Part shown: piece by piece, positions 61,027 through 64,000 of the stretch
How positions within the stretch are numbered: the stretch's first letter is position 1
Layout of the letters: each line of letters opens with the position of its first letter
Assembly: GCA_965216875.1 (NCBI GenBank)
Contig: OZ244207.1
Location: forward strand, 8,096,001 to 8,160,000
DNA length: 64,000 nucleotides
Direction of reading: 5' to 3'
Origin: Rubripirellula sp.
GTDB lineage: Bacteria; Planctomycetota; Planctomycetia; Pirellulales; Pirellulaceae
Position numbers and translations under genes: made by a program
Notes under the pieces: generated by a model
What the model saw: the letters and a program-made list of their open reading frames with translations, nothing else
What the model was told of the DNA's origin: nothing
Database searches by the model: none

Positions 61027-62217
61027 ATGACACCACAAAGTCTGCCCGAAACTGGCGGCGAGTCCGTTCAGCCGATCAAGAACCGAATTGCGTTTCTGGA
61101 CGTGCTTCGAGCGTTCGCATTGCTCGGCATCTACATCTCGATCATCCACAGCTTCAACGGCTCGGCTTTGTACGGCAACGAAGCGGTCGCCAGCAGTTTG
61201 GATCATTGGGTCGGCAGACTTGAGTCGTTGCTGATCAACAAACGTTTCATCGGCATCCTGTCGTTGCTGTTCGGCGTCGGCATTGCCATCCAACAAAAGA
61301 ACTTTCAGCAGAAGAACACGCCGTTTACGGGTTACTTCCTCAAACGGATGGCGATTCTGGGCTGTTTCGGGCTCATCAACACAACGTTCTACTTCAACGG
61401 CGAGATTCTCTTGGTCTACGCGATCCTTGGTGTCGTGACATTGGCCATGTCGCGACTGGAGCCCAAGGCGATCGTGTTGTTCGCGGCATTCATCTATCTC
61501 ATTCCCGCCCAGATCTTTGAGGTGACCGCGCGCGACCGTCTGATCGATTGGTTCCAGTGGTTCCCCGACGCCTACTCCGCAGAACGCGTGAAGGAGATCT
61601 ACACCGGAACGGACTTCACCCAGATGGCTCGTCTTCGTTGGACGGAGTACGCCTACATCTACACTGACAACAACTTTCACTTGGCGATGTCGCTGGCCAT
61701 GATCCTGTGGGGATACGTGATCGGCACCAAAGGCAATTACATGAAGTTGATCGATGAACCGATGCGGTTCGCACTGCCGTTTGCGTTCGCCTTAGTTTAC
61801 ACCCTCTTCTTTACGCTCTTTGGCCTGTTCACGGGGCAGACCGACATCATCTTTGCCTACAACCCGATCGGGTATGTCTTCTATGCGATCTTCATGCTGA
61901 CATCGATGTTCGTGTACATCTACCTCGTCCTGCTCGCGTTTCTGTTGCTCGGAAAAGAGAACGCGGTGATGAAAGTGGCAGCCAACAACGGTCGTCTTTG
62001 TTTGACCGGCTATATGGGTGGTGCGTTGGTGTATTCGTTCATCTTTTACGGCATCGGCCTCGGCTGGTACATGAAGTACTCCACAACAACATTCGTCGGC
62101 ATCGCCCTCGTCACCTACCTGCTCTTCACGATCGCAGCACAACTCTGGACCAAGAGATTCACCCAGGGCCCAATGGAATGGCTCTTCCGAAGACTTTCCT
62201 ATGCGCGAATCAAGTGA
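61027..62217 (+). CDS. DUF418 (YeiB-like) membrane protein
   Basis: RIAFLDVLRAFALLGI, LSLLFGVG, GEILLVYA, GR..LT.Y, W.KRF.QGPMEWLFRRLSY. Confidence 0.88.
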   Translation: MTPQSLPETGGESVQPIKNRIAFLDVLRAFALLGIYISIIHSFNGSALYGNEAVASSLDHWVGRLESLLINKRFIGILSLLFGVGIAIQQKNFQQKNTPFTGYFLKRMAILGCFGLINTTFYFNGEILLVYAILGVVTLAMSRLEPKAIVLFAAFIYLIPAQIFEVTARDRLIDWFQWFPDAYSAERVKEIYTGTDFTQMARLRWTEYAYIYTDNNFHLAMSLAMILWGYVIGTKGNYMKLIDEPMRFALPFAFALVYTLFFTLFGLFTGQTDIIFAYNPIGYVFYAIFMLTSMFVYIYLVLLAFLLLGKENAVMKVAANNGRLCLTGYMGGALVYSFIFYGIGLGWYMKYSTTTFVGIALVTYLLFTIAAQLWTKRFTQGPMEWLFRRLSYARIK

Positions 62218-62315
62218 AGAAAACGGGGGCAGGTGAATGGCTGAGTCCACGAGTCGAGCGGTCGTCTCCGATGCAGGTGATGCCGCCATCCGTCAGCGAT
62301 CGTTTGACGCGATGA

Positions 62316-64000
62316 CTATTTGCCAAGGTTAAGTCGAAAGAAGGTGAAGTCATCGGGTCCGATCATTCCATCGTTGTCGGCATCAAGGCCTTCGACATAT
62401 CTGGGATCCATCTCGTTGCTTCCAAAGGCGTGTCGGAAGGCGGCGAAGTCATACAAGTCGACCATTCCGTTTCCGTCCTGGTCCCCATATTTTCGATAGA
62501 AACCGTCGACTGCGCCGAATAGATGATCGTCGCCAGCCACACCATCTGCGTTGCCATCCAAAGCCAGCGAAAAGGAGGAGATCTTCGAGGCATCGATCCG
62601 CAATTCGTAGTCGCCATCGAGCAACCCGCCACCAAGATTCACGCTGCCGCCCGGGAGGAAGGTGATGTCCACGACGGATATTCCACTGGAGTTGTCGATT
62701 ACCGGGATCGGTACAACGCCATCGCTACTTCCGATTCGTCGGAACAGAAACGCGTCACTTCCGATGTCGACGATGCGATTGAATTCAACTCGCACGCTCT
62801 TGATTCCGGAGCGTTGTGGATCGCCATCATTGATGATCACTTGGTCAACAACCGGGGGGCCGGGGGAAATCGTGACAAGCACATCTTCGACTTCGCCACT
62901 GATCGCCATCCCGCCCACCGACAGACCACCTTCGTTGCTAATACGGACCCGGGCAAAGGTATTACCCGTCACCACTGCGTCGGTCACCGTGAAATTCAGT
63001 GTTTGCCATCCTGCGATAACGGGGACGTTATCTAGGATCTTTTCACCGATGTCATCCCAATCTCCGTCTCCATTGAAATCCAACCAAGCATCCACTTTCG
63101 CGTTGGCGGCATTTTGCAGATTGATGTTGACCGCGGCTAGCGAGTCGCTATCCGTTAGTGGGCCGAACATCACGCCATCTTCGTTGCCTACGTCCGCACC
63201 TTCAATATCGTCTTGCAGCGCATCGTTGGATGGCTGGCCATCGACTTCTGTATCACGTGAGTCGCCGAGTCGCGGTCCAATCGCACCGTGCACGGCACCG
63301 CCCTGGTCCGCAGTGACAGGATACGATGCGGGCGCGTCACCGTAGTCGGAGAATTGTTGCGCCAAGCGAACAAGGTCGCTTTGGTAAATGGTCTCATGAA
63401 TGACTTGAGTCCCGACGGTGTGGCCATCAGTGACGGCGATCTCCAAGGCAATGGCGGCGTTACTGGCGTCACCGTTGGCAGGAACGACGCCAGCGCGATA
63501 GACAACGGGGTCGATTGGCGGCGAAGGTTGAATGGTGCTGTGCTCGCTTTGATCGGCATCCATCCGCAGCTCTCTGCCGAAATCGAAATCACGGATCTCG
63601 ACCTGTTCCGCAGTGAACTCATCGAGTCCACTTTCGCCGAACAACCGATCGAGATCTTCGCTACCTGTGATCCGGTCGTCGCCGTCACCGCCACGCAATT
63701 CGTCGCGGTCGCTGGCAGCGTGTGAAAACCCAGCCAGCGGTGGTAGTATCTCGATCCCGAATGGACGCATTGGATCGTCGGGAGTCACTTTTATTAGGAA
63801 TGTCCCGGCCGGCCAACGTCGTAGGTCGATCACCCGACTTGGCGGCGATAGTCGTTGCCCCAAATCGTCGAACAACTCGGCTGCCCCGCCGACCACCGTA
63901 ATCTTATTGCCCTCCTGACCATCGCCCAAAGTTGTGAAGCGGTACCACGGCTGCGGCACGACTACGGCAGTGGGCGCGGCATGCCTGATGGTGGCATGAA
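62316..64000 (-). CDS. C-terminal part of a large surface protein (RTX-like Ca-binding repeats, GEVED domain, dockerin-like end), partial
   Basis: DELRGGDGDDRITG..DRLFGESGLD, DYGDAPASY..GAVH..GPRLG, AWLDFNGDGDW, GEVED, YGDQDGNGMVDLYDFAAFR. The frame appears open to the window edge. Confidence 0.82.
   Translation of the reverse strand, partial: HATIRHAAPTAVVVPQPWYRFTTLGDGQEGNKITVVGGAAELFDDLGQRLSPPSRVIDLRRWPAGTFLIKVTPDDPMRPFGIEILPPLAGFSHAASDRDELRGGDGDDRITGSEDLDRLFGESGLDEFTAEQVEIRDFDFGRELRMDADQSEHSTIQPSPPIDPVVYRAGVVPANGDASNAAIALEIAVTDGHTVGTQVIHETIYQSDLVRLAQQFSDYGDAPASYPVTADQGGAVHGAIGPRLGDSRDTEVDGQPSNDALQDDIEGADVGNEDGVMFGPLTDSDSLAAVNINLQNAANAKVDAWLDFNGDGDWDDIGEKILDNVPVIAGWQTLNFTVTDAVVTGNTFARVRISNEGGLSVGGMAISGEVEDVLVTISPGPPVVDQVIINDGDPQRSGIKSVRVEFNRIVDIGSDAFLFRRIGSSDGVVPIPVIDNSSGISVVDITFLPGGSVNLGGGLLDGDYELRIDASKISSFSLALDGNADGVAGDDHLFGAVDGFYRKYGDQDGNGMVDLYDFAAFRHAFGSNEMDPRYVEGLDADNDGMIGPDDFTFFRLNLGK

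Overview
Gene-dense, GC-rich window whose gene content (DUF1501, DUF1549/1553 and DUF1552/1592 clusters, sulfatases, long LepB) points to a planctomycete of the Rhodopirellula/Stieleria type; this taxonomy is an inference. Core genes are the dprA 3' end, lptB, lepB, argC and thiC with a TPP riboswitch. There is also a LacI-regulated nucleoside hydrolase/ribokinase/sugar-ABC/sulfatase operon with a visible operator, and an SLC12-like transporter. Most notable: (1) A ~3.9 kb island (24172-28084) holds an HUH/Y1 (RAYT-like) tyrosine transposase and one passenger gene, embedded in roughly 25 exact or degenerate copies of a 13-bp motif GGGGACAGAGCAC. Many short tandem duplications end in or just after this motif, suggesting motif-directed local rearrangement. 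(2) A DUF3179 gene is split by an in-frame TGA at the first Cys of a CxxC motif and followed by a SECIS-like hairpin, i.e. a probable secreted UxxC selenoprotein. (3) Composite intergenic mosaics are built from several REP-like palindrome families. No rRNA, tRNA or CRISPR array was recognised. All family calls come from motif recognition by eye, not database searches.
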